This document shows, one piece after another, positions 19,495 through 29,308 of a DNA stretch of 64,000 nucleotides (positions within the stretch are counted from its first letter, which is position 1; the number at the start of each line of letters is the position of its first letter). The position numbers and the translations under genes were made by a program. The notes beneath the pieces were generated by a model that was not told the origin of the DNA, made no database searches, and saw nothing but the letters and a program-made list of their open reading frames with translations. The stretch comes from an uncultured delta proteobacterium (GTDB lineage Bacteria; Myxococcota_A; Polyangia; Haliangiales; Haliangiaceae): assembly GCA_963848295.1 (NCBI GenBank), contig CAWKDB010000002.1, positions 1,184,001 through 1,248,000 of the forward strand. The letters run 5' to 3'.

Positions 19495-19671
19495 TTATCG
19501 CCGTCCCTTGAAGCCCATCATCCGCTGCATCTCGCTCTCGCCGGCTTCCGCGATCTCGCCGGCCTCGCGCGCGCGATCGGCGCAGTCGGCGCACAGCTTC
19601 TGCGCCTTGCCGGCGACCTTGACGGTGACCAGCTTGGCGACCTCGTCATTGCATTCCCGGCAGGTCGGCAT
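19495..19671 (-). CDS. 58-aa CxxC/CxxC zinc-finger microprotein (not in the ORF track)
   Basis: MPTCRECNDEVAKLVTVKVAGKAQKLCADCADRAREAGEIAEAGESEMQRMMGFKGRR*; TACCCT -10 box 6 nt upstream. Confidence 0.75.
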   Translation of the reverse strand: MPTCRECNDEVAKLVTVKVAGKAQKLCADCADRAREAGEIAEAGESEMQRMMGFKGRR

Positions 19672-19921
19672 CGTTCGAGGGTAACCTGACCTTCACGTCT
19701 TCTTCATCCGGGTCTGCAAACGTTAATCAATAGCCGCAGCACTATGGCCGGTATGCGTCCGCGGCCGGCACAGTCGGCGTGGCGGGCGTTCCTGGTCGGT
19801 GAGGCACAACGCCGCTCCCACCCCCAAGGTCAGAATTGCGCAAACTATGAGCCTCGTTAGACAATTACGAACGAACCTCGGTGCGATCTTTGGAACGGTC
19901 TCTGCTTGGAGTGGCGGACTG

Positions 19922-21277
19922 ATGACGTCGAAGAGCTGGCTGCTCGCGCTGTCGACGGTGACCTGCGCGGGGATCGTTGCTCGACCGTGGGCTGCGCTCG
20001 CCGATGATGCGCTGCCACCGGTGCGCGCGCTGCTATCCGATCCGGGTCAGCTCGCGACCTGGCTGCGCGATCACGATCCGGCGACGTTCGCAGCGCGAGA
20101 GAAGGTCACGGCGCAGGCCGAGCTCGCCGAGCAATCGGCGGTGATTCCGAACCCGCAAGCGCAGCTCGGGGTCGGCGGTATCGTGCTCGGCACGAACCAC
20201 CAATTCGACATGAACGGCAACCCGATCACCGGGCCGTCGGCGCTGAACCAGACGACGAACGTCGCGGTCGGGGTCAGCGAGTTGATCGAGCTCGGTAAGC
20301 GCGGGCCGCGGCGCAACGCCGCCGATCTCCGAACCCGCGAAGCGGGCGAGAGCGCGGTCGGCACGCTCGGCGCGCGCGTCAACGGCGCGACGGCGACGCT
20401 CGGCAACCTCGCCTACCTCGCGGCGAAGCACGCGCTGCTCGCTCAGAATCTCGCGGACGGCCGCGCGCTGCAAGGGCACGAGCAAGATCGCCTGAAGAAG
20501 GGCTATCTGTCCGGCGCCGACTACGAGCGGATCGAGCTCGACACCGACGAGATCGAGCTCCAGGTCCACCGCGCGGAGACCGACGTCGCGGTCGCGCTGT
20601 CGACGTGCTCCGCCACGTTGTTCGCACCGTGCTCCGCCGCCGGACTCGATGTCGGCGCGCTCGATGCCGCGGCACCGATTCCCGCCGCGCTCGGCGACGC
20701 GGCGCGTGCGATCGCGGAACGCCCGGTCCATCGCGCGCAACAACTCGAGGCGTCCGCGCTCGGCTCCGACGCCCAGCTCGCGGACCACCGCAAGATCCCC
20801 GACCCGACCATCGGAGTGCAGTACACCTACGACAACTACCAGTACAGCGGCAGCGCTCCGCAGACGTTGGTCTTGTCACTCGGCATCCCGCTGCCGATCT
20901 TCGATCGCGGCAACCACGATGCCGCCGCGGCGCGCGCGAATGCCCGTTCGATCGCGGCGTCGGAGCAAGCGCTGATCCGCAACGAGCGCGGCCAGGTCGA
21001 GGGCCTGCTCGTCCAGCTCGCGACGCTGCGCTCGATCCTCGATACGCTCGAGAAGATCGAGGTGCCAAAATCGGCCGACGTCGTCGATCACGCGCACAAG
21101 TCGTTCGACCTCGGCGAGACCGGCCCGGCCGAGCTGCTCCTGGCCGAGCACCAGAATCGCGACCTCCTGCTCGAAGTGCTCGATACTCGCAACGACCTGT
21201 TCACGGTGCGCAGCCAGCTCCGGCTCGCACTCGGCCTCGACGACGAAGTGGCGCGCGCGATCGGGGCCAGGCGATGA
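19922..21277 (+). CDS. TolC/CzcC family outer membrane efflux protein
   Basis: IPNP, SELIELGKR, IPLPIFDRG, FDLGETGPAELL motifs; first gene of the RND operon. Confidence 0.85.
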   Translation: MTSKSWLLALSTVTCAGIVARPWAALADDALPPVRALLSDPGQLATWLRDHDPATFAAREKVTAQAELAEQSAVIPNPQAQLGVGGIVLGTNHQFDMNGNPITGPSALNQTTNVAVGVSELIELGKRGPRRNAADLRTREAGESAVGTLGARVNGATATLGNLAYLAAKHALLAQNLADGRALQGHEQDRLKKGYLSGADYERIELDTDEIELQVHRAETDVAVALSTCSATLFAPCSAAGLDVGALDAAAPIPAALGDAARAIAERPVHRAQQLEASALGSDAQLADHRKIPDPTIGVQYTYDNYQYSGSAPQTLVLSLGIPLPIFDRGNHDAAAARANARSIAASEQALIRNERGQVEGLLVQLATLRSILDTLEKIEVPKSADVVDHAHKSFDLGETGPAELLLAEHQNRDLLLEVLDTRNDLFTVRSQLRLALGLDDEVARAIGARR

Positions 21278-22461
21278 CCGACCTGCCCTCCGCCCGCACC
21301 GGCAACGGCACGCGCGCGACGCGGATCGCGATCCTGCTCGGATCGATCGTCGTCGCCGCACTGTCGATGTTCGCCGCGACGCTCTACAAGCGCCCCGCGC
21401 CGCAGGTAGACCAGCCCGCGCCCGGCATGCACTTCGACAAGAAGGAGAACACGATCACCCTCGATAAGGGCGCGATGCAGTGGGCGGTGATCAAGACCGC
21501 GCTGCCCGACCCAGCCGAGCCACGCTGGACCGAGCCGTTGCCGGCGCGCGTGCTGTTCGACGAATCGCGAACCTCTCGGCTCGGCTCGCCGCTCGCCGGC
21601 CGGGTGAGCGCGGTCTATGCCGAACGCGGCACGCCGGTCAAAGCCGGCCAGCCGCTGTATACCGTGTCGAGCCCTGGCCTCGCCGAGCTGCGGTCGGCGG
21701 TCAAGCTCGCCCAGGTCGAGCGCGAGACCGCGCAGAAGAACCTGACGCGCACGCAAGACGCGGTCACCGCCCAGGTCGTGCCCGCCAAAGATCTGATCCA
21801 GGCGAAACAGGATCTCGCCGAGGCCGATCTCGCGCTGCGGGTCGCGCAGCAGAAGATGTCCTCGCTCAAGGTCGGGTCGAGCGGCGACAGCGCGACGTTC
21901 ACGGTCACCGCCCCGCGCGATGGCGTCGTCGTCGAGAAGACGATCAACGCGGGCCAGACCGTGTCTCCGGACTCCGGCTCGCTGATGGCGATCGCCGATC
22001 TATCGACCGTGTGGGTCGTGGCCGACATCACCGGGTCGCACATCGAGGACGCGAAACCAGGCGCCCGCGTTCGCGTCGTGATCGGCAACGGCGCGAGCAG
22101 CGATCGCGAGGCGGTCGTCGATCAGCTCTCCGAGGTCGTCGATCCCGATCGCCACGCCGTGCCGGTCCGGATCAAGCTCGATAACCCCGACGGCACGCTA
22201 CGGCCGAATGCATACGTCCAAGTCCGGCTGTTCGATCCGACGCGGACGGTCGGCATGTTGCCGGCGTCGGCCGTGATGTCCGATGGCGAGAAGAGCTTCG
22301 TCTACGTCGAGCAACCGACCGGCGTGCTCAAGCGCCGCGACGTCGAGGTCGGGTCGGTGATCGCCGGCCGAGTGCCCGTGACCTCGGGCATCACCGCGGC
22401 CGAACGGGTCGTGGTCCAGGGCGGGATCCTCATCGACAACCAGATCGATCTAGACAACTAA
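21274..22461 (+). CDS. RND periplasmic adaptor (MFP) 1
   Basis: SPLAGRV, GTPVKAGQPL, APRDGVV, IADLSTVWV, LRPN motifs. Confidence 0.9.
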   Translation: MTDLPSARTGNGTRATRIAILLGSIVVAALSMFAATLYKRPAPQVDQPAPGMHFDKKENTITLDKGAMQWAVIKTALPDPAEPRWTEPLPARVLFDESRTSRLGSPLAGRVSAVYAERGTPVKAGQPLYTVSSPGLAELRSAVKLAQVERETAQKNLTRTQDAVTAQVVPAKDLIQAKQDLAEADLALRVAQQKMSSLKVGSSGDSATFTVTAPRDGVVVEKTINAGQTVSPDSGSLMAIADLSTVWVVADITGSHIEDAKPGARVRVVIGNGASSDREAVVDQLSEVVDPDRHAVPVRIKLDNPDGTLRPNAYVQVRLFDPTRTVGMLPASAVMSDGEKSFVYVEQPTGVLKRRDVEVGSVIAGRVPVTSGITAAERVVVQGGILIDNQIDLDN

Positions 22462-23549
22462 TGCTGTACCGCACCCTAATGTTGATGACCGTGTGCGCCG
22501 CCTGCGGCCACAGCGCCGACGCGACCTCGACCGAGCCGCCGCCGCCGGTCAACAAGGTTCAGTACGATCTCGCGACCGTCGGCCAAGCGGCGCCGCATTG
22601 GACCGAGGACATCCCGGCGCGGATCATGTTCGACGAGACTCGAACGTCGCGCATCGGCGCTCCGCTCGGCGGCCGCGTGACGAGCGTCCTGGTCGAGCTC
22701 GGACAACGCGTCAAGACCGGGCAAGCGCTCGTCACGGTCACGAGCGGCGATCTCGCAGATCTCTATTCCGCGCGCGACAAGGCGAAGGTCGAGCTCGACT
22801 CGAAGCAGCTCACTTACAACAACGTGAAGGCACTGGTCGATCTCGGTTCGATGCCGAAGAAAGAGCTGGTGTCGGCCGAGCAAGATCTCAAGGAGGCGCA
22901 GGTCGCGCTGTCCACCGCGAGTCAGAAGATCGCATCGCTCAAGGTCGGTGCCGGTGGCGACACGGTGTTCACGATCAACGCGCCGCGCGATGGCGTGATC
23001 GTCGACAAGAACGTCGCGGTCGGCCAGCAGGTCGCACCGGACAACGGCGCCATCCTCGCGATCGCCGATCTGTCCGACGTCTGGGTCGTGACGGATCTTC
23101 TCGAGGACGCGGTCGACGACATCAAGGCCGGCAGCAAAGCGCGGGTCACCCTCGAGGGCCAGACCGCACCGCTCGACGGCGTCGTCGATCAAGTCGCCGC
23201 GATCGTCGATCCGGATCGCCACACCGTGCCGGTCCGGGTCAAGCTCCAGAATCCGTCCGGCGCGCTGCGACCGAACGCGCTCGCGCAGGTGCGGTTCTAC
23301 GAAGAGCAAGGCGGCCCGCTGTCGGTGCCCGCCGAGGCGCTGCTCAACGACGGCGCGACCGACTATGTCTACGTCGTCAAGAACGGCACGCCGAAGCGCC
23401 AGAACGTCGTCGCCGGTCCGCGCAACGCGAAGGTCGTGCCGATTCGCTCGGGGCTCGCCGCCGGCGATCAGGTCGTCGCGCGCGGCGCGGTGCTGCTCGA
23501 CAACCAGCTGCCGGCCGAGCAACGCGAGAACGCGGAGGACTCGCCATGA
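22461..23549 (+). CDS. RND periplasmic adaptor (MFP) 2, lipoprotein
   Basis: Paralog of MFP1 (APLGGRV, APRDGVI, IADLSDVWV); lipobox CAAC. Confidence 0.9.
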   Translation: MLYRTLMLMTVCAACGHSADATSTEPPPPVNKVQYDLATVGQAAPHWTEDIPARIMFDETRTSRIGAPLGGRVTSVLVELGQRVKTGQALVTVTSGDLADLYSARDKAKVELDSKQLTYNNVKALVDLGSMPKKELVSAEQDLKEAQVALSTASQKIASLKVGAGGDTVFTINAPRDGVIVDKNVAVGQQVAPDNGAILAIADLSDVWVVTDLLEDAVDDIKAGSKARVTLEGQTAPLDGVVDQVAAIVDPDRHTVPVRVKLQNPSGALRPNALAQVRFYEEQGGPLSVPAEALLNDGATDYVYVVKNGTPKRQNVVAGPRNAKVVPIRSGLAAGDQVVARGAVLLDNQLPAEQRENAEDSP

Positions 23550-26500
23550 TCGACGCTCTGATCAACGCGTCGCTGCGGACACGCATGCTCGTGTTCATCG
23601 GCGCGATCACGATCGCGTTCCTCGGCTACTCGGCCTACAAGGACCTCACGATCGAGGCGTTCCCCGATCCGACCGATACCTCGGTCCAGGTCATCACGAT
23701 CTACCCCGGCCAGCCCGCCGAGGAAGTCGAGCGCCGGGTCTCGATCCCGCTCGAGCGCGCGCTCAACGGCGTACCCGGCACGATCCACCAGCGCTCGATC
23801 TCGCTGTTCGGCCTGTCGGTCGTCACGATGACGTTCGAGGATGGCGTCAACGTGCTCGACGCACGCCAGCAGATGTTCGAGCGCCTCGGCGATGCGAACC
23901 TGCCGCCCGACGCGAACGCCTCGCTCGGCCCGCTCGCGACCCCGATCGGCGAGGTCTACCGCTACACGCTCGAGAGCCCGGACTGCGATCCGATGACGCT
24001 GCGCACGATCGAAGAGTGGGTGATGGAGCCCGCCCTGTTGCGCGTGCCCGGCGTCGCGGACGTGACGTCGTACGGCGGCCTGGTCAAAGAGGTCCACGTC
24101 GAGCCCGATCCGGCGAAGGTGGCGGCGCTCGGGGTGGTGCTCGACGACGTGTTCCAGGCGCTGTCGAAGGGCTCGGACAACGCGTCCGGCGGCCTGGTCG
24201 AACGTGGCGAGCAAGGCTTCGTGATCCAGTCGAAGGGCACGTTGTTCACCGACGTCGAGCTCGCGTGCCATCCCGACAAGCCCAAGCACGACGGCCTCGA
24301 CGACATCGGCGAGGTCCGGGTCGGCTACCACAACAAGGTGCCGGTCAAGATCAAGGATGTCGCGAGCGTCGTCGTCGGGTACGCCCCGCGCCAGGGCGTC
24401 GTGTCACGCCAGACCAACATCGACACGGTCCAGGGCATCGTGCTGATGCGCAAGGGCGAGAACCCGTCGAAGGTGCTCGAGGGCCTGCGCGCGAAGGTCG
24501 CCGAGCTCCAAGCGCACTCGATGCCGAAGGGCGTCACGATCGTGCCGTTCTACGATCGCACCGAGCTCGTCGACACGACGCTCGACACCGTGTTCCACAA
24601 CCTCGCGCGAGGGTGCGCTCCTCGTGACGAGCGTGCTGTTCCTGTTCTTGCTGTCGGTGCGCGCGTCGCTCGTCGTCGCGATCGTCATCCCGCTCTCGCT
24701 CGCGGCGGCCTTCATCTACCTGCACGCGCGAGGGATGTCGGCAAACCTCTTGTCGATGGGCGCGGTCGACTTCGGGATCATCGTCGATGGCGCGGTGATC
24801 CTCGTCGAGCACGTATTCGAGCACGCCGCGGGGCCCGAATACCAAAGGCTGAACACCGAAGACCGCATCAAGCTGATCTACAAGTGCGCGCGTCAGGTCG
24901 CGCGACCGACGCTGTTCTCGCTGCTGATCATCGTCGCCGCGTACCTGCCGATCTTCGCGCTGCAGCGGGTCGAGGGCCGGATCTTCGCGCCGATGGCGCA
25001 CACCGTGGTCAGCGCGCTCGTCGGCGCGATGCTGGTCAGCTTTACGCTCGTGCCGGTGCTGTGCTTCTTCGCCCTGCGCCGCCACGGCAAGATCCGCACG
25101 TCGCCGGTGTTGAGGCTCGCGCGGCGGATCCACGACCCGGTGCTCAACGCGGCGATGCGCAACCCGCTCGCGGTCGCGATCGTGTGTACCGGCCTGCTCG
25201 TCGGTGGCTACGAGCTCGCGCCGCGGCTCGGCAGCGAGTTCTTGCCCGAGCTCAACGAAGGCTCGATCTACTGCACGTTCACGCTGCCGCCGACCGCGTC
25301 GCTCGCGGAAGGCCGCCTGCTCGCGCCGAAGATCGTCAAGCTGCTGCGCGGCGAGCCGCTCGAGGGCATGGATCCCAAGTGGTCAAGCCGCTGCCCGAAG
25401 TCACCGAGGTCTTGTCGCAGCTCGGTCGGCCCGAGGACGGCACCGACGCGAAGCTGTTCAACAACCTCGAGATCTTCATCAAGCTCAAGCCGATGAAGGA
25501 GTGGCGACCCGGCATCCATACGCTCGAGGACATCGAGGCGCTGCAGATCGACAACCTCAAGGCGATCCCCGGGATCGAATACAACTTCAGCCAGCCGATC
25601 CGCGACAACGTCAACGAGAACATCAGCGGGCAGCAGGGCCAGATCGCGATCAAGATCTACGGCGAAGACGTCACGAAGCTGCGCGAGCTGGCCGAGCAAG
25701 TCGTCAACGTCGATGCAAGAGGTGCCGGGCATCGTCGATGTCGGCATCGTCAAGGCAGCAGAGCAACCGGTGATCGCGGTGACGCCGGATCGCAAGGCGC
25801 TCGCGCGCTGGGACCAGGATCTCGGCAGCTTCCAGGACTTCATCGAGACCGCGCTGTCGGGTCACGCCGCATCGCGAGCTGCGCGAGGGCGAGAAGAAGT
25901 TCGACGTCACGGTGCGCTTTCCGCGCGCCGCGCGCGAGGATCTCTCGACGATCCGCGAGCTGCGCGTCCCGCTCAAGGACGGCTCGCTGTTGCCGGTGTC
26001 GGCGCTCGCGACCGTGGCGATGGCGCGCGGCCCGGCGGCGATCACCCGCGATAACGGCAAGCGCTACATCGGCGTGCGCACGAACATCCGCAACCGCGAC
26101 CTCGGCTCGGCGATCGCCGAGGCGCAGGCGCGCGTCGGGCAAGCAGGTCAAGTTCCCGACCGGCTACGAGATCACGTGGGGCGGCGAGTTCGAGAACCAG
26201 CAGCGCGCGATGAAGCGGCTCGCGCTCGTGTTGCCGCTGTCGATCGTGCTCACGTTCTTCCTGTTGTTCAGTGCGTTCGGTTCGGTGTGGGACGCGACCC
26301 TGATCATCCTCAACCTGCCGATCGCGCTGCTCGGCGGTCTCGTCGGCCTCGGCGCCGCGGCGATGACGCTTTCGGTCTCGGCGGCGGTCGGGTTCATCGC
26401 GCTGCTCGGCCAGGCCGTGCTCAACGGCGTGCTCGTCGTCTCCGCGATCCGCGCGCGGCGCGACCGCGGCGACGATCTATGGACCGCGACGATCGAAGGC

Positions 26501-26791
26501 ACGCGCGAGCGGCTGCGCGCGATCTTGATGACCGCGTTGCTCGCGTCGCTCGGCCTGTTGCCGGCCGCGATGTCGCACGCGATCGGCAGCGAGACGCAGC
26601 GGCCGATCGCGGTGGTGGTCGTCAGCGGCACGATCTCGGCGGCGCTGCTCACGCTGATCGTGCTGCCGGTGACCTACTACTGGGCTGGCGCGGCGCGGCT
26701 GTGGTTCGATCGCAAGCGCGGCAAGGTCAGCGAATGGGGTGGTGGCAGCGGCGACGCCGGTACCGCACACTCCACGGATGAGACGGCTTAG
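23546..26791 (+). CDS. CzcA/CusA family heavy-metal RND transporter (several frameshifts between ~24610 and ~26140)
   Basis: IEAFPD, SLFGLS, ANLLSMGAVDFGIIVDGAVILVE, GSEFLPELNEG, GSETQRPIA; segments lie in different frames. Confidence 0.85.
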   Translation: MIDALINASLRTRMLVFIGAITIAFLGYSAYKDLTIEAFPDPTDTSVQVITIYPGQPAEEVERRVSIPLERALNGVPGTIHQRSISLFGLSVVTMTFEDGVNVLDARQQMFERLGDANLPPDANASLGPLATPIGEVYRYTLESPDCDPMTLRTIEEWVMEPALLRVPGVADVTSYGGLVKEVHVEPDPAKVAALGVVLDDVFQALSKGSDNASGGLVERGEQGFVIQSKGTLFTDVELACHPDKPKHDGLDDIGEVRVGYHNKVPVKIKDVASVVVGYAPRQGVVSRQTNIDTVQGIVLMRKGENPSKVLEGLRAKVAELQAHSMPKGVTIVPFYDRTELVDTTLDTVFHNLARGCAPRDERAVPVLAVGARVARRRDRHPALARGGLHLPARARDVGKPLVDGRGRLRDHRRWRGDPRRARIRARRGARIPKAEHRRPHQADLQVRASGRATDAVLAADHRRRVPADLRAAAGRGPDLRADGAHRGQRARRRDAGQLYARAGAVLLRPAPPRQDPHVAGVEARAADPRPGAQRGDAQPARGRDRVYRPARRWLRARAAARQRVLARAQRRLDLLHVHAAADRVARGRPPARAEDRQAAARRAARGHGSQVVKPLPEVTEVLSQLGRPEDGTDAKLFNNLEIFIKLKPMKEWRPGIHTLEDIEALQIDNLKAIPGIEYNFSQPIRDNVNENISGQQGQIAIKIYGEDVTKLRELAEQVVNVDARGAGHRRCRHRQGSRATGDRGDAGSQGARALGPGSRQLPGLHRDRAVGSRRIASCARARRSSTSRCAFRAPRARISRRSASCASRSRTARCCRCRRSRPWRWRAARRRSPAITASATSACARTSATATSARRSPRRRRASGKQVKFPTGYEITWGGEFENQQRAMKRLALVLPLSIVLTFFLLFSAFGSVWDATLIILNLPIALLGGLVGLGAAAMTLSVSAAVGFIALLGQAVLNGVLVVSAIRARRDRGDDLWTATIEGTRERLRAILMTALLASLGLLPAAMSHAIGSETQRPIAVVVVSGTISAALLTLIVLPVTYYWAGAARLWFDRKRGKVSEWGGGSGDAGTAHSTDETA

Positions 26792-27350
26792 CGCGTTCGG
26801 GTTGGTCGCGGCATGCGGTGCCGCACCGTCCCGTGCCCCCGCGACGGTCGAGGCGCCCGCGACGGTCGAGCCGGCCCCCGCGCTCGAGCCGGCCGCCGCG
26901 CTCGACCCGATCGACGAGCGGCCGTGGATCGGGTGGCGGCTCGACGATCCGGCCCACCCGCTCGCGCGGGTCTGCCCGCACGATGCCGGAGCGCGGTCGC
27001 CGGGCGTCGGCCGGCCGGAGTGCTGGCGCGGCGGTCCCGGCGGACCGATCCTGTCCAACGACGACGGCTTCGCCGGCGACGCCGAGGCGCACGACGGAGC
27101 CCCCGGCGGCGGATGCTCGCTGCAGTATCGCGAAGACTCCGAGGGCACGATCGCGGAGCTCGCGATCGGCGGCACGGTGATCGATCGCGCGCGGCGCGCG
27201 TCCGAGGATCAGGGAGCCGCGATCCGCGGTGCGTTCTCGCCCGACGGACGCTGGCTCGCGATCGCGAAGCTCGCCACGCGCGGTCGCGAGGTCTACGTCG
27301 CGGAGGTCAGGATCGTGCCGGTGCCCGCGTCGCCATGCGCGTGGCGGTGA
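26778..27350 (+). CDS. Hypothetical lipoprotein with a WD40-like AFSPDGRWLA motif
   Basis: Lipobox LVAAC; Pro/Ala linker. Confidence 0.55.
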   Translation: MRRLSAFGLVAACGAAPSRAPATVEAPATVEPAPALEPAAALDPIDERPWIGWRLDDPAHPLARVCPHDAGARSPGVGRPECWRGGPGGPILSNDDGFAGDAEAHDGAPGGGCSLQYREDSEGTIAELAIGGTVIDRARRASEDQGAAIRGAFSPDGRWLAIAKLATRGREVYVAEVRIVPVPASPCAWR

Positions 27351-27603
27351 TCGCGTCACCGCGCTTCGCGCGCTGCTCGTTGAGCGCGAGCTGGCGCTCC
27401 CAGTCCGCGATGTGACTCGCGAGCACCCAGAAGCCGGCGACGGCGATCACGCCGGTGACGAACAGCATCATCAGCCCGGCGCTGCGGTTCGCAACCATCA
27501 CGATGATCGACAGCGCGATGAGCGGGCCGAGTCCGCGCTTGAGCCCCTGCCGGGTCTGGTTCGAGCTCGCGATCCAGTCTCGAAGATCAAAGTCGTTCGC
27601 CAT
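27307..27603 (-). CDS. Small two-TM membrane protein
   Basis: MANDFDLRDWIASS...; two hydrophobic stretches; sigma54 promoter directly upstream. Confidence 0.65.
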   Translation of the reverse strand: MANDFDLRDWIASSNQTRQGLKRGLGPLIALSIIVMVANRSAGLMMLFVTGVIAVAGFWVLASHIADWERQLALNEQRAKRGDAITATRMATRAPARS

Positions 27604-27616
27604 GCCCGGGGGTAAA

Positions 27617-27632
27617 AGCACGCGCCGTGCCG
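27617..27632 (-). promoter_or_regulatory. Putative sigma54 promoter
   Basis: CGGCACGGCGCGTGCT (GG-N10-GC), 13 nt upstream of ATG 27603. Confidence 0.6.
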
Positions 27633-27700
27633 GCTTCAAGTGCGCGGCGCGATTGGTCCTCGCACCGCCGAGTTCTTGGCAGCTGCCGAAACCATGGCAG

Positions 27701-29305
27701 TCACAGCCGGTAGAGCTTGAGCTTGTACTGGAGCGTCGCGCGGCTCGTGTGGAGCAGGCGCGCGGCCTCGGACTGGTTGCCGCCGGCCTTGCCCATCGCC
27801 TCGGCGATCTGGGCGCGCTCGAACGCCTCGACGCGCGTCTTGAGCGATTGGCCGGTGTCCGCCGGCTCGTCGTGGCCGCCCGGCGCGGCGCGCAGCTCCG
27901 GGAGATCGCCGATGCCGATCGCGCGGCCGCGCGCGATGATCGCCGCGCGCTCGATGACGTTGTTGAGCTCTCGCACGTTGCCCGGCCAGTCGTAGGCCTG
28001 GAGGTACAGCACGGCGTCGGGCTCGATGGCCGGGACCTGCGCCCGGCCATCAGCGCCGCCGACCGGCAGCGCGGTTCGATCGCCCGATGGGCCGGCGTGG
28101 CCGAGTCGTCGGGCAAGCGCGGCGAGCAACGTCGCGACGAGCGCCGGGACATCCTCGCGGCGATCGCGCAGCGGCGGGAGCTGGATCGGAAACACGGACA
28201 GGCGATAGAACAGATCGGCGCGGAAGCGCTGGTCGCGAACATCGGCGGCGAGGTCGCGGTTGGTCGCCGCGATCAACCGGACGTCGACCGCGACCGTCTC
28301 GGTGCCGCCGACGCGCTCGAACCGCTGGTCCTGAACCACGCGTAACAGCTTTGCCTGGGCATCGGGCGCGAGCTCGCCGACCTCGTCGAGGAACAGCGTC
28401 CCGCCATCCGCGAGCTCGAACCGGCCGGGGCGGCGAGCCAACGCACCGGTGAACGCGCCCTTCTCGTGGCCGAACAGCTCGCTCTCGAACAACGACGGCG
28501 CGATCGCCGCGCAGTTGACGGTGACGAGCGCGCGGTCGCGGCGCGGACTCGCGTCGTGGATCGCGCGCGCGAACAGCTCCTTGCCCGTGCCGGTCTCGCC
28601 AAGGAGCAGCACGGTCGAGCTCGTGGGCGCGACCTGCTCGAGCTCGCGCACCGCCCGAGCGAGCGACGGGCTCGCCCCGACGATGCTCCGTGGCCGCGCC
28701 CCGTCCAGCTCCTCCTTGAGATAAGCGTTCTCGGCCTCGAGCCGGCGCGACAGCCGCGAGACCTGCTCGAACAGGCGGGCGTTCGTGATCGCGACCGACG
28801 CCTGCGCGGCAAACACGCCGAGCCGGACGAATTCGTCGGACGAGAGCGCCCGCCGCGAGAACATCGCGAGCACGCCTAGCACGTGGCCGCGGAACTCCAA
28901 CGGATAGCCGGCGAACGCGACGATGCGATGAGCGGCGACCCACGCCTGGTCGACGATCCGCGGCTCGTGCGCGACGTCGTCGAGACAGAGCGGCGCGCGG
29001 TCGACGACGATCTGGCCGATCTTCTGGGCGCCGACCGCGACTCGCGCGTGACTGCCGTCGAGTCGCTCCGAGAGTCCGGCGCTCGCGACGAGGTGGAGCG
29101 CGTCGGTTTCGACGGCACGGGCCTGCCCCGTGCCGTCAGCAGCGCCGAAGGGCGGTGCGGTCTTGTGGAGCAACCAGATCCGGGCGAGCGCGGCGTCGAG
29201 CTCCGACACCAAGCCGTGAGTGATCGCGGCGAGCACCGCGCCGAGCTCGAGCGTGCTCGTCATCCGCACCGCGATCTTGCCCAGGACATCGTCGACCGCG
29301 GTCAT
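27701..29305 (-). CDS. GAF-domain sigma54 enhancer-binding protein (FhlA/NifA-like) with two in-frame repeat insertions
   Basis: GETGTGKE, ESELFGHEKGAFTGA, LFLDE, WPGNVREL, C-terminal HTH. Confidence 0.93.
   Translation of the reverse strand: MTAVDDVLGKIAVRMTSTLELGAVLAAITHGLVSELDAALARIWLLHKTAPPFGAADGTGQARAVETDALHLVASAGLSERLDGSHARVAVGAQKIGQIVVDRAPLCLDDVAHEPRIVDQAWVAAHRIVAFAGYPLEFRGHVLGVLAMFSRRALSSDEFVRLGVFAAQASVAITNARLFEQVSRLSRRLEAENAYLKEELDGARPRSIVGASPSLARAVRELEQVAPTSSTVLLLGETGTGKELFARAIHDASPRRDRALVTVNCAAIAPSLFESELFGHEKGAFTGALARRPGRFELADGGTLFLDEVGELAPDAQAKLLRVVQDQRFERVGGTETVAVDVRLIAATNRDLAADVRDQRFRADLFYRLSVFPIQLPPLRDRREDVPALVATLLAALARRLGHAGPSGDRTALPVGGADGRAQVPAIEPDAVLYLQAYDWPGNVRELNNVIERAAIIARGRAIGIGDLPELRAAPGGHDEPADTGQSLKTRVEAFERAQIAEAMGKAGGNQSEAARLLHTSRATLQYKLKLYRL
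28025..28075 (-). repeat. Family B 51-bp twin-hairpin coding element, copy 2
   Basis: ACC-GCGCTGCC-GGTC-GGCGGCGC-T-GATGGCCGGG-CGCAGGT-CCCGGCCATC; encodes TALPVGGADGRAQVPAI. Confidence 0.85.
29111..29161 (-). repeat. Family B 51-bp twin-hairpin coding element, copy 3
   Basis: ACC-GCACCGCC-CTTC-GGCGCTGC-T-GACGGCACGGG-GCAGG-CCCGTGCCGTC; encodes TAPPFGAADGTGQARAV. Confidence 0.85.
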
Positions 29306-29308
29306 GCG

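Noticed and set aside
22493..26791. Single 1432-aa ORF
   Set aside because: Only parts match CzcA; the true start is 23546 and the intervening stretches are out-of-frame text caused by indels
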